From the UHGV virus genome UHGV-1448156: a stretch of DNA of 36,860 nt; one strand, written 5' to 3'. Shown here in pieces: positions 27,578 to 35,452 of this stretch. The notes under the pieces are model-generated. The model made no database searches. It saw only the letters and a list, made by a program, of their open reading frames with translations, and was not told the origin of the DNA. Made by a program: the position numbers and the translations under genes. Source of the DNA: a virus. Each line of letters begins with the position of its first letter. Positions within the stretch are counted from its first letter, which is position 1.

Positions 27578-27754
27578 TCATTTCCTCGCACGATATCTTA
27601 GCCACCGGATATCCCACAGGTGAGCTGTGTAATTGAAGGTTTTTACGTCAGATTCTTTTGGGATTGGCTTGCGTTTATTTCTGGAGCGTTTCGTTGGAAG
27701 GTATTTGCAGTTTTCGCAGATTATGTCGGTGATGCTTCGTCGCTGTCGCCTCAT
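27578..27754 (-). CDS. ninE: NinE-like protein (58 aa)
   Basis: [30 protein letters not shown]...; SD AGGAGG; ATGA-coupled to the MTase stop. Confidence 0.55.
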   Translation of the reverse strand: MRRQRRSITDIICENCKYLPTKRSRNKRKPIPKESDVKTFNYTAHLWDIRWLRYRARK

Positions 27755-28278
27755 GCCGCCCTCCTGACGCCCTGCCCGATCGCCATCAATGCCGCTTTGG
27801 ATACGGTAGTAAACATCCGTCGAGGACTGATGAACGGTCGCCAAATCAGCAACATGGAACCTTTGCTGTTTCCCTTCTTCTCCAGCCCTGTCGATGGTTC
27901 GATAAAATTAATCCGTCCATCAGTAATGATGCGAACTTCGTCAATACTCTCCAGAGCCTTGCTGAACCATCCGACTGACATATCCTCTGGCACAAGCATC
28001 ACTACCGTCTGTCGCTGTTGTATGCACTGCTCAGCGGCTTTTTCCACCCACGGCCTGATATTGCTGTACGGTGGGTTATTCCAGATTGCACCGTGGCTTA
28101 TCCACTCAGAATTTAGCGCGTCGTCGGCCTCAGTTAGCCAGTGAGCACACAGAGCATTTTTGTCGCTCGCTGCCGAATCCAGCCAGAATCCAAACTCAAT
28201 ATCCAGTGCATCAAAAAGCCAAAGCGGCGTTTGCCAGCAGTCCTTGTCGTGTGCTGGCGTATTTGATTTGATAGTCAT
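27751..28278 (-). CDS. DNA N6-adenine methyltransferase (phage Dam-like)
   Basis: 175 aa with NPPY catalytic motif ([14 protein letters not shown]); ATGA-coupled to ninB. Confidence 0.7.
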   Translation of the reverse strand: MTIKSNTPAHDKDCWQTPLWLFDALDIEFGFWLDSAASDKNALCAHWLTEADDALNSEWISHGAIWNNPPYSNIRPWVEKAAEQCIQQRQTVVMLVPEDMSVGWFSKALESIDEVRIITDGRINFIEPSTGLEKKGNSKGSMLLIWRPFISPRRMFTTVSKAALMAIGQGVRRAA

Positions 28279-28715
28279 GCAGCCCGATCTCCCCATCTTG
28301 CTTTCCACTCCAGAGCCAGTCGCGCTTCGTCTGACCACTTAACGCCACGTTCTGTACCGAATGCCTGTATAAGCTCTAATAGCTCCGCAAATTCGCTTAC
28401 TCGCATCCTGCTGGTTGACTGGCCTATTACCACAAAGCCATTCCCGGCAAGGTTAGGAACAACGTCCTGCTGCTTTAATGCTGCTGTAAACACACACTTC
28501 CAGCTTTCTGCATCCAGCCAGCGCCCATGCCATTCAACCTGACGAGAGACGTCACCTAAGCAGGCCCATAGTTTCCTGTTTTGGTCTAAGCTGCGGTTGC
28601 GTTCCTGAATGGTTACTACGATTGGTTTGGTTGGGTCTGGAAGGATTTGCTGTACTGCGTGAATAGCGTTTTGCTGATGTGCCGGAGATCGAATTTCAAA
28701 GGTTAGTTTTTTCAT
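28275..28715 (-). CDS. ninB: Recombination protein NinB
   Basis: 146 aa MKKLTFEIRSPAHQQNAIHAVQQILPDP..., matches lambda NinB as recalled; SD GGGAGAGGGAAG. Confidence 0.8.
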   Translation of the reverse strand: MKKLTFEIRSPAHQQNAIHAVQQILPDPTKPIVVTIQERNRSLDQNRKLWACLGDVSRQVEWHGRWLDAESWKCVFTAALKQQDVVPNLAGNGFVVIGQSTSRMRVSEFAELLELIQAFGTERGVKWSDEARLALEWKARWGDRAA

Positions 28716-28792
28716 GACTTCCCTCTCCCCCAAATAAAAAGGCCTGCGATTACCAGCAGGCCTGTTATTAGCTCAGTGATGTAGATGGTCAT
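28712..28792 (-). CDS. Possible 26-aa hydrophobic peptide (MTIYITELITGLLVIAGLFIWGRGKS)
   Basis: ATG overlaps helicase stop (TGATG) and its stop overlaps the ninB ATG; encodes the terminator hairpin; could be fortuitous. Confidence 0.3.
   Translation of the reverse strand: MTIYITELITGLLVIAGLFIWGRGKS
28731..28764 (-). terminator. tR2-like rho-independent terminator
   Basis: Minus strand AGGCCUGC-UGGUAAUC-GCAGGCCU then UUUUAUUUGG, between helicase and ninB. Confidence 0.5.
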
Positions 28793-30228
28793 CAGAATCC
28801 TCCTTTCTTCTTGGACTGCGGTTCCTCACGTTCACGGCGGCGCATTTCAGCAGACTGTTGGTCTGTGTCATAAATAGCGCCATTTGCCTGAATGCAATAC
28901 ACCGTGCCGGTATTGCCATGACGATTGAGGCGAAGGATTAGTTCGGTTTCACCAGGAGGAACGCTGTCATCAAAAGCACCTTCACGATGGATCCCCACCC
29001 AATAATCGCAATCCTGTTCAATCTGCCCTGTATCTCGTGAGTCACTTGGTAATGGGCGTTTATTGGTTCGGCTTTCCAGTGCGCGGTTAAGCTGTGTCAG
29101 AAGCACAACAACGCAATCAAGCTCTTTGGCAAGGTTCTTCAGTCCTTTGGTGATCATGCCGTAAGCAAGGTCGTTGCGATCGGCCTTTTCAGCGGTCATT
29201 AGTGTCAGGTAATCGACCAGAATCATGCCAACACATCCTTTTTCTCGCTTGATTCGACGGCTTTCGCTGACGATTTGAGCCAGAGATAATCCCGGCGTGT
29301 CGTCGATGTAAAGCAGGTCGATTTCACTCAAGCGATTGGCTGTTTCGATCGCCCTGTTGAAGTCACCATCGTAATCACCCTGATAGCCGTCATCAGCGTC
29401 ATTTGTCGCCGGAAGGTAAAAAATATTCGGGTTAACACCAGACTTCTGCCCTACCAGTTTTTCCAGTATCTGGTCACCGGGCATTTCAAGGCTGAACATC
29501 AGAGCGGGCTTTTTCTCATGCACTGCGCAGTTGATTGCCATCTGGCTGTATAGCGTCGTTTTCCCCATCTTAGGGCGAGCGCCAATGACAAACAGAGAGC
29601 CTTTCACCAGACCTTTCGGTGACAGCATCCTGTCCAGCGATGGGATCCCTGTGCTCATTCCTCGTTGTTCGCCTGACGGGTCAAATCGCTTCTCAAGGTC
29701 GCTAACCCAGTCTTCCATGACCTCACCAAATGAGCGAAGGCCGCGACGCGATCCGGTTTTTGCATGGTCTGTCAGTTGCGTGAAAATCGCCTGAATAGCT
29801 TCGTACTTCTGCGTTGCAGTCATTCCGTTGCGGGAATAGAGCAATTCCGTCGCTTCAGTCATGCGGTTGATGGCGTAGCGTTCCATTGCGGTTTCACGAA
29901 CCTGCATTGCATAGGCAACGATGTTTGCTGCGCTTGGCGTGTTCTTTGCGATCTCAGCGATATAAGCAAAACCGCCAACAGACGCCATTAACGATTTACG
30001 CTCCAGTTCATCGAAAAGCGTCAGGCCATCTACTGGCTTTTGCTCCCGGTGCATTCTGGTTATTTCTTCGAAAAGGATTTTGTGTGGCCGGCTGTAAAAT
30101 GAGTCAGGCTTCAGCATCGCCAGAACTTTCTGGACGCGCTCACTGCTGTCATCATCCAGAAGCAATCCACCAATCACCGCCTGCTCTGCCTCGATGCTAT
30201 GGGGCGGCGCATAAAAATTATCGGTCAT
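28792..30228 (-). CDS. Replicative DNA helicase (DnaB family)
   Basis: 478 aa; Walker A GARPKMGKT; ATG 30228 with SD GAGGG (track start 30243 is GTG). Confidence 0.85.
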   Translation of the reverse strand: MTDNFYAPPHSIEAEQAVIGGLLLDDDSSERVQKVLAMLKPDSFYSRPHKILFEEITRMHREQKPVDGLTLFDELERKSLMASVGGFAYIAEIAKNTPSAANIVAYAMQVRETAMERYAINRMTEATELLYSRNGMTATQKYEAIQAIFTQLTDHAKTGSRRGLRSFGEVMEDWVSDLEKRFDPSGEQRGMSTGIPSLDRMLSPKGLVKGSLFVIGARPKMGKTTLYSQMAINCAVHEKKPALMFSLEMPGDQILEKLVGQKSGVNPNIFYLPATNDADDGYQGDYDGDFNRAIETANRLSEIDLLYIDDTPGLSLAQIVSESRRIKREKGCVGMILVDYLTLMTAEKADRNDLAYGMITKGLKNLAKELDCVVVLLTQLNRALESRTNKRPLPSDSRDTGQIEQDCDYWVGIHREGAFDDSVPPGETELILRLNRHGNTGTVYCIQANGAIYDTDQQSAEMRRREREEPQSKKKGGF

Positions 30229-31117
30229 CGTGTTCACCCTCACGAACTTTCAGGTAGGTATTATCGTTAAGCAGGAAATCAAATCCCTTTTTGTGCCAGA
30301 CGGTTCCGCGTTGATGGTTTGGGCGCTCTTCGAACATCCATCGGCAATTTTCGCCAACGTAGCTCAAATAATTTCTCCAGTCCTGCATCGTGAACCCATG
30401 CCCGTCAAGCTGGCGGGTTATCACTCCGGCTTTGCGCCAGAACGTTCGGATCTGGTTTTTACGCTTGTCATTCAGTGCGCGGATTCTTGGAGCTTCAGGA
30501 AGGATTTCGTGGTAAGCATCGACAACATCCTGACAGCTGACGGAAGGTTTTTTCTTGTCAGACTTTTTGTCTGCTGTGGCACTCTCTAATACGTCAGTAT
30601 TAGAGATAATATTATTATATTCTTTATCTGTGGTAATTTGCTGGTAATCTGCTGGTACAGCATTGCTTACAGGCATTGGTATTGCTGGCTTTGAGGTGGT
30701 AATTTGCTGGTAATCTGCTGGTACAAAATTTGACTGATAATCGTCATATTTCTCTACCGAGAAAACTGAGAATTTACCGTGTGAAACCCAGTCAATCATG
30801 CCGAGTTTTTTGAACTTTCTAAGCAGGTACTGAACGCGATCTGGTTTGAGTCCTGTTTCAAACGCCAGAGAGTTTCTACCGCCAAGTAGCTTCCCTCTGC
30901 CTACCAGAATTTCTCCTGCGTCAGTCATTACATACTCAGGCGTATGCTTTGCTTTGAGGATTAAGTGAACCCACAGATGCGCTGCTTCTGCATCCTTGTA
31001 AAACGGCACATCCATAATTTTACGGTGCAGCAAGGCATACCCCTTACCGCTGCTTTGATGCGGTTGTTGTAGCCTTCTGGCCTCTCTGGCTTCGGCTAGA
31101 TTAGATATGTTACTCAT
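30218..31117 (-). CDS. Replication initiator (lambda O-like) containing the origin
   Basis: 299 aa; SD AAGGAG; internal [10 protein letters not shown] repeats encoded by the iterons. Confidence 0.7.
   Translation of the reverse strand: MSNISNLAEAREARRLQQPHQSSGKGYALLHRKIMDVPFYKDAEAAHLWVHLILKAKHTPEYVMTDAGEILVGRGKLLGGRNSLAFETGLKPDRVQYLLRKFKKLGMIDWVSHGKFSVFSVEKYDDYQSNFVPADYQQITTSKPAIPMPVSNAVPADYQQITTDKEYNNIISNTDVLESATADKKSDKKKPSVSCQDVVDAYHEILPEAPRIRALNDKRKNQIRTFWRKAGVITRQLDGHGFTMQDWRNYLSYVGENCRWMFEERPNHQRGTVWHKKGFDFLLNDNTYLKVREGEHDDR
30631..30725. repeat. Origin iterons (ori) inside the initiator gene
   Basis: Identical 29-bp copies TGGTAATTTGCTGGTAATCTGCTGGTACA at 30631-30659 and 30697-30725, a related TGGTATTGCTGG between them, and an AT-rich tract at 30601-30626. 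Confidence 0.6.
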
Positions 31118-31256
31118 GACCTTTCTCCTTCTGCATCAGCTTCACTTTTTCCAACTCAGCCCGGAATCGACCAGGCGGCTTGAAGCTGGACAGGAAGCGA
31201 TCACGTAGTATGTGTTTGTGAATTTTGTCCTGGTAAGGACTGAGTTGTTTTGTCAT
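31110..31256 (-). CDS. Possible small ORF (48 aa) between cII-like and O-like genes
   Basis: ATG 31256 with SD AGGAG 5 nt upstream; stop overlaps the O-like start; basic peptide [15 protein letters not shown]... Confidence 0.3.
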   Translation of the reverse strand: MTKQLSPYQDKIHKHILRDRFLSSFKPPGRFRAELEKVKLMQKEKGHE

Positions 31257-31288
31257 AATTACTCCTGTGGATTGATCCAGTAATTCCC

Positions 31289-31585
31289 TCAGAATTGCAT
31301 ATCAATTTGCTTAAAATCCTCGGTGGCGGCCGGGGATTTTTTCTTTGTGATTTCATCAAGCGCATACTTAAAAGCCCTGCTAATCGGACTGATGTCTGAT
31401 GCCATTCCGAAAGCACACAAGACCGAAGCAATAAATCTCCAGTCCGTTCTGCTTATCTTCGATTCATGACAGCCAATCATCTTTGCCAGACCGCGCTGGG
31501 TAAGCGTTGACAGGTTGATGAGTAAATCAGTTTCAGCGCGATCAATTTCTCGCTGTGTTGGCTTGCTGTAGCTTGCTTGTGCCAT
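31289..31585 (-). CDS. CII-family transcriptional activator
   Basis: 98 aa; helix-turn-helix [15 protein letters not shown] and C-terminal [18 protein letters not shown] resemble lambda CII. Confidence 0.65.
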   Translation of the reverse strand: MAQASYSKPTQREIDRAETDLLINLSTLTQRGLAKMIGCHESKISRTDWRFIASVLCAFGMASDISPISRAFKYALDEITKKKSPAATEDFKQIDMQF

Positions 31586-31653
31586 TTGTTAATTTTCCTA
31601 TATTGATATTGAGTTATAGCGGCACACCCAATGGATTTGCCGCTGATGTTTGC

Positions 31654-31694
31654 TCACCCGGTTAGAGGTGAAAGGCCAGAACTGTTAAAGAGCA
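31654..31694 (-). promoter_or_regulatory. nutR (boxA GCTCTTTAA, boxB hairpin with CUAACC loop)
   Basis: Minus strand boxA then 12 nt then UCACCU-CUAACC-GGGUGA, between cro and the cII-like gene. Confidence 0.5.
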
Positions 31695-31700
31695 ATTTGC

Positions 31701-31886
31701 TTATGCCGCTTGGCGGTAAGCACTTTCTTGATACTTCAGGGCGCCAGCTGTAACGATTTCCAATCGATAGGCGTCTTTCTCTGGGATAACTTCTTTCCAC
31801 TGAGAGACTGCTGCATCGCTAATGCCTAGTGCTTTAGCAACAGCACGCTGGGTTCCGAAGTGGTCAATAACATCTTTTTTGTACAT
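31701..31886 (-). CDS. cro: Cro repressor (P22 type)
   Basis: 61 aa MYKKDVIDHFGTQRAVAKALGISDAAVSQWKEV..., matches P22 Cro as recalled. Confidence 0.8.
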   Translation of the reverse strand: MYKKDVIDHFGTQRAVAKALGISDAAVSQWKEVIPEKDAYRLEIVTAGALKYQESAYRQAA

Positions 31887-31966
31887 AGACTCGCTCCGAA
31901 ATTAAAGAACACTTAAATTATCCACCAAAGGAATCTTAAGTCAAGTTTATTTAAGATGTCTTAACT
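31887..31966. promoter_or_regulatory. OR / PR / PRM divergent control region
   Basis: 80 bp between divergent cro and c2; operator-like palindrome TTAAGAtgTCTTAA at 31951-31964 plus degenerate TTAAG-type half-sites. Confidence 0.6.
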
Positions 31967-32617
31967 ATGAATACACAACTGATGGGTGAGCGTATTCGCG
32001 CTCGCAGAAAAGAACTCAAGATTAGGCAGGCTGCCCTTGGCAAGATGGTTGGCGTGTCTAATGTTGCTATTTCCCAATGGGAGCGATCTGAAACTGAGCC
32101 CAATGGCGAAAACCTATTGGCCTTAGCCAAGGCTTTGCAGTGCTCCCCTGATTACCTGTTGAAAGGAGAGGATAGTCTTTCAAACATTGCCTATCACAGC
32201 AGGCATGATCCAAGAGGTTCGTATCCTCTAATTAGTTGGGTAAGCGCAGGATGTTGGATGGAAGCTGTAGAGCCATATCATAGGCGTGCAATAGATAACT
32301 GGTACGACACAACGGTAGATTGTTCTGAAGACTCTTTTTGGCTCGACGTTAAAGGCGATTCAATGACTGCCCCGGCAGGACTGAGTATTCCTGAGGGGAT
32401 GATTATTCTCGTCGACCCAGAAGTCGAACCACGTAATGGAAAGTTGGTAGTCGCCAAACTTGAAGGAGAAAACGAGGCGACATTCAAAAAGTTAGTTATT
32501 GATGCCGGTAGAAAATTCCTGAAACCACTCAATCCACAATACCCAATGATTGAAATCAATGGGAACTGTAAAATCATTGGCGTTGTCGTTGATGCCAAGC
32601 TAGCAAACCTTCCTTAA
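31967..32617 (+). CDS. c2: Immunity repressor C2 (P22 type)
   Basis: 216 aa MNTQLMGERIRARRKELKIRQAALGKMVGVSNVAISQWERSE..., matches P22 C2 as recalled; LexA-like C-terminal domain. Confidence 0.9.
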   Translation: MNTQLMGERIRARRKELKIRQAALGKMVGVSNVAISQWERSETEPNGENLLALAKALQCSPDYLLKGEDSLSNIAYHSRHDPRGSYPLISWVSAGCWMEAVEPYHRRAIDNWYDTTVDCSEDSFWLDVKGDSMTAPAGLSIPEGMIILVDPEVEPRNGKLVVAKLEGENEATFKKLVIDAGRKFLKPLNPQYPMIEINGNCKIIGVVVDAKLANLP

Positions 32618-32640
32618 GGGGCTTTCGCCCCTTTTTTATT
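32618..32640 (+). terminator. Rho-independent terminator after c2
   Basis: GGGGC-TTTC-GCCCC then TTTTTTATTT. Confidence 0.6.
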
Positions 32641-32706
32641 TCCCGTTAAAAATCAAAGACAAACTAAATTCACGCCCATAAAATTAAGTTTTCTTCAAAA
32701 ATGCAC

Positions 32707-32735
32707 TTGACCAATAAATTAAGAAGTCTTAAATT
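32707..32735 (+). promoter_or_regulatory. PL promoter with overlapping OL operator
   Basis: -35 TTGACC (32707-32712), 17-bp spacer, -10 TAAATT (32730-32735); palindrome TTAAGAagTCTTAA at 32719-32732. Confidence 0.55.
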
Positions 32736-32781
32736 TAAGCCATCAGCAGGACGCTGGAAGCCAAACGGAACAGATTGGCAG

Positions 32782-32820
32782 GCTCTTTAACATCGACGGA
32801 CTCTCAACCTAACCGTTGAG
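32782..32820 (+). promoter_or_regulatory. nutL (boxA GCTCTTTAA, boxB CTCAAC-CTAACC-GTTGAG)
   Basis: Same boxA, spacing and loop as nutR with a different complementary stem. Confidence 0.55.
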
Positions 32821-32931
32821 ACCAGAACTTGAGTGGTTTTGGGGATGGCGCGAATTGCAGCTGCAAGACAGCGATCGAGAAGATAAGCACCTCGACGCGT
32901 CATGCGCCAAAGCCACTTAAAGGAGACCATC

Positions 32932-33237
32932 ATGGTAACCATTGTCTGGAAAGAATCCAAAGGTACGGCAAAAAGCCGCTACAAAGCTCGCAGAGCAGAA
33001 CTTATTGCCGAGCGACGCAGTAATGAAGCACTGGCGCGAAAAATTGCGCTAAAGCTCTCTGGTTGCGTCAGAGCAGACAAAGCAGCATCGCTAGGAAGCC
33101 TTTGCTGCAAGAAGAAAGAAGAAGTCGTTCGAAAAAATAGAAGTATTTATTACAAAGATTCAAACCCATTAGGAAACAAAATACATGCAGTCCAAAAAAT
33201 AAAATTGTACAGTAAACTACCGTACGGTGCTTATTGA
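32932..33237 (+). CDS. N: N antiterminator (phage-21-type arginine-rich motif) with divergent AT-rich 3' end
   Basis: ATG 32932 with SD AAGGAG; GTAKSRYKARRAELIAERR matches the phage 21 N RNA-binding peptide as recalled; C-terminus comes from the AT-rich cassette. Confidence 0.7.
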   Translation: MVTIVWKESKGTAKSRYKARRAELIAERRSNEALARKIALKLSGCVRADKAASLGSLCCKKKEEVVRKNRSIYYKDSNPLGNKIHAVQKIKLYSKLPYGAY

Positions 33238-33239
33238 GT

Positions 33240-33578
33240 ATGCTTATGGTGAAAAAGACTATTTATGTTAATCCTGACCGCGGACAAAACAGAAAAGTAT
33301 CTGATAGAGGTCTTACATCTCGAGACAGGAGGAGAATAGCGAGATGGGAAAAAAGGATAGCATATGCATTAAAAAACGGTGTAACACCTGGATTTAATGC
33401 TATAGATGATGGCCCTGAATATAAGATTAATGAAGACCCAATGGACAAAGTTGACAAAGCATTAGCAACACCATTTCCTCGCGATGTCGAAAAAATTGAA
33501 GATGAAAAATATGAGGATGTAATGCACAGAGTTGTTAATCACGCTCACCAACGAAATCCAAATAAAAAATGGTCATAG
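33240..33578 (+). CDS. Hypothetical AT-rich 112-aa charged protein
   Basis: Track start 33234 is TTG; first ATGs at 33240 and 33246; AGA/AGG/ATA-rich codon usage unlike neighbours; own terminator. Confidence 0.5.
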   Translation: MLMVKKTIYVNPDRGQNRKVSDRGLTSRDRRRIARWEKRIAYALKNGVTPGFNAIDDGPEYKINEDPMDKVDKALATPFPRDVEKIEDEKYEDVMHRVVNHAHQRNPNKKWS

Positions 33579-33598
33579 CCCACTTCGGTGGGTTTTTT
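33579..33598 (+). terminator. Rho-independent terminator of the AT-rich cassette
   Basis: CCCAC-TTCG-GTGGG then TTTTTT immediately after the stop codon. Confidence 0.65.
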
Positions 33599-33607
33599 AT
33601 TGTCTGA

Positions 33608-33703
33608 ACAAACCTAATTTACTACCGCAAGCCACGCAGTGAAATGGGTGTGACTTGTGTTGGTCGCCAGAAAATGAAATTAGGCAGCAAACCACTTATT
33701 TGA
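33608..33703 (+). pseudogene. Orphan 3' remnant of an N gene
   Basis: Open frame TNLIYYRKPRSEMGVTCVGRQKMKLGSKPLI* resembles the lambda N C-terminus (..GITCSGRQKIKGKSIPLI) but has no 5' part or start. Confidence 0.55.
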
Positions 33704-33711
33704 GGTGATAT

Positions 33712-33798
33712 ATGGAAGAAGAATTTGAAGAGTTCGAAGAGCATCCTCAGGATGTGATGGAACAATACCAGGACTATCCGTATGACTACGACTATTGA
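33712..33798 (+). CDS. Possible 28-aa acidic peptide (MEEEFEEFEEHPQDVMEQYQDYPYDYDY)
   Basis: ATG 33712 with SD GAGGTGA; overlaps the ral start by 17 nt. Confidence 0.25.
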   Translation: MEEEFEEFEEHPQDVMEQYQDYPYDYDY

Positions 33799-33982
33799 TA
33801 AAAATCAATGGTGTGGACAATTCAAGCGATGCAATGGATGCAAGCTGCAATCGGAATGCATGGTTAAGCCTGAAGAAATGTTTCCTGTAATGGAAGATGG
33901 GAAATATGTCGATAAATGGGCAATACGAACGACGGCAATGATTGCCAGAGAACTTGGTAAACAGAATAACAAGGCTGCCTGA
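33782..33982 (+). CDS. ral: Restriction alleviation protein Ral
   Basis: 66 aa MTTTIDKNQWCGQFKRCNGCKLQSECMV..., matches lambda Ral as recalled. Confidence 0.7.
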   Translation: MTTTIDKNQWCGQFKRCNGCKLQSECMVKPEEMFPVMEDGKYVDKWAIRTTAMIARELGKQNNKAA

Positions 33983-34021
33983 TGGTGGCCTTTATTTTTG
34001 GCATAAACAACAGAGGTGAAT

Positions 34022-34156
34022 ATGAACGCAGTTGAATTTACAAAATGGATGGCAGAGCAAGATATCACAGGAGCCGACGAAAAGGCTGTGTACTACATGG
34101 CTCTGCTATGGATTCACAAAGCAAAAGAGGCTGCAAATGCTCTTGGAGGTGAGTGA
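34022..34156 (+). CDS. Possible small early protein (44 aa)
   Basis: ATG 34022 after AGAGGTGA; stop overlaps the next ATG (TGATG). Confidence 0.3.
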   Translation: MNAVEFTKWMAEQDITGADEKAVYYMALLWIHKAKEAANALGGE

Positions 34157-34341
34157 TGTGCGAGTTTTATGAAGCAGATATCAAACGCCCAGAAATGGCA
34201 AGTGATGCGACATTACGTGATTACTTCGCAGCAAAGTTCATGCAGGGAGTTTGTGCAAATCCAGACAGGCTTTATGACAACGAACCACTTGCTAAAGAAG
34301 CTTATGCGATGGCAGACGCAATGCTCAAAGCTCGCGAATAA
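34156..34341 (+). CDS. Hypothetical early protein (61 aa)
   Basis: ATG 34156 with SD GGAGG 7 nt upstream (track start 34153 is GTG). Confidence 0.4.
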   Translation: MCEFYEADIKRPEMASDATLRDYFAAKFMQGVCANPDRLYDNEPLAKEAYAMADAMLKARE

Positions 34342-34436
34342 GCACTGTGTATTCATTCCAACGAGTGAATACACGGAGCAATGTCGCTCGTAACTAAACA
34401 GGAGCCGACTTGTTCTGATTATTGGAAATCTTCTTT

Positions 34437-34463
34437 GCCCTCCAATGTGAGGGCGATTTTTTA
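34437..34463 (+). terminator. Rho-independent terminator inside the early-left operon
   Basis: GCCCTC-CAATGT-GAGGGC then GATTTTTTA; preceded by a 9-bp-stem hairpin at 34347-34374. Confidence 0.45.
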
Positions 34464-34482
34464 TCTATGAGGAAATGAATAG

Positions 34483-34851
34483 ATGTCAAACATCAAAAAA
34501 TACATCATTGATTACGACTGGAAAGCATCAATAGAAATTGAAATCGACCATGACGTAATGACAGAGGAAAAACTTCACCAGATTAATAATTTCTGGTCAG
34601 ACTCTGAATACAGACTCAAAAAACACGGCTCTGTATTAAATGCTGTATTAATCATGCTAGCGCAACATGCTCTGCTTATAGCAATTTCAAGCGACTTAAA
34701 TGCATATGGTGTTGTGTGTGAGTTCGACTGGAATGATGGAAATGGTCAGGAAGGATGGCCTTCAATGGATGGTAGCGAAGGAATAAGAATTACCGATATC
34801 GACACATCTGGAATATTTGATTCAGATGATATGACTATCAAAGCCGCCTGA
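34483..34851 (+). CDS. Hypothetical early protein (122 aa, acidic)
   Basis: ATG 34483 with GAGGA upstream. Confidence 0.5.
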   Translation: MSNIKKYIIDYDWKASIEIEIDHDVMTEEKLHQINNFWSDSEYRLKKHGSVLNAVLIMLAQHALLIAISSDLNAYGVVCEFDWNDGNGQEGWPSMDGSEGIRITDIDTSGIFDSDDMTIKAA

Positions 34852-34926
34852 GCGCGGCTTTACCGCATACCAATAATGCTTCACGAGAGGCATTTTCGTT
34901 ATGCAATCAAATATAAGGAGTCACCC

Positions 34927-35061
34927 ATGATGCACTTTCAGCTCGCGGGTAGCGGCGTCATGTCCGCTTTCTACCCGCACGAATCTGAATTATCACGCCG
35001 AGTTAAACAATTAATCAGAGCAGCAAAGAAACAACTGGAGGCGTTATGCGCAATGAAATAG
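34927..35061 (+). CDS. CIII-like protein (44 aa)
   Basis: SD AAGGAG 6 nt upstream; MMHFQLAGSG..PHESELSRRVKQLIRAAKKQLEAL resembles the lambda CIII pattern MQYAIAGW..PSESLLERITRKLRDGWKRL. Confidence 0.45.
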   Translation: MMHFQLAGSGVMSAFYPHESELSRRVKQLIRAAKKQLEALCAMK

Positions 35062-35198
35062 CCATCAATCACCAAATGCTTCGTGCTGCACAAAACAAAG
35101 CAGTAATAGCCAGATTTATTGGTGATTCCAAAATGTGGCTTGAAGCAAATAAAGCGATGAAATCAGCTATCAACCTTCCGTGGTATCGCAGGAAATGA
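35046..35198 (+). CDS. Possible small early protein (50 aa)
   Basis: ATG 35046 with SD GGAGG; overlaps the cIII-like 3' end. Confidence 0.35.
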   Translation: MRNEIAINHQMLRAAQNKAVIARFIGDSKMWLEANKAMKSAINLPWYRRK

Positions 35199-35365
35199 GC
35201 TTTACAGATAACTGGTCAGACGAAGAATTCATTCGTCAGATGAAAGAATTAATCGGTAACGAAGGAGATATGCATGTCACTTGCAACCACAGTGAAGGAG
35301 AGCAAGTTACAGAGACGCATGTACACGCAGCAGGCGTTAATGTATCGCCAGAAGGGAGATCGTGA
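35195..35365 (+). CDS. Possible small early protein (56 aa, acidic)
   Basis: ATGA overlap with the preceding ORF. Confidence 0.35.
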   Translation: MSFTDNWSDEEFIRQMKELIGNEGDMHVTCNHSEGEQVTETHVHAAGVNVSPEGRS

Positions 35366-35452
35366 AGGTGTTCGCGTATTTTTAAATGCGGCAAAGACTG
35401 AAGTATTAAATCAGCGTTATTTCCTTGGGCCATGTCCATTCTGAGGTGAATT

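Noticed and set aside
31201-31431. Track ORF (-, 76 aa) overlapping the cII-like gene
   Set aside because: Out of frame with and largely inside the cII-like gene; the short SD-preceded 48-aa ORF (31110-31256) is the only plausible coding use of this gap.
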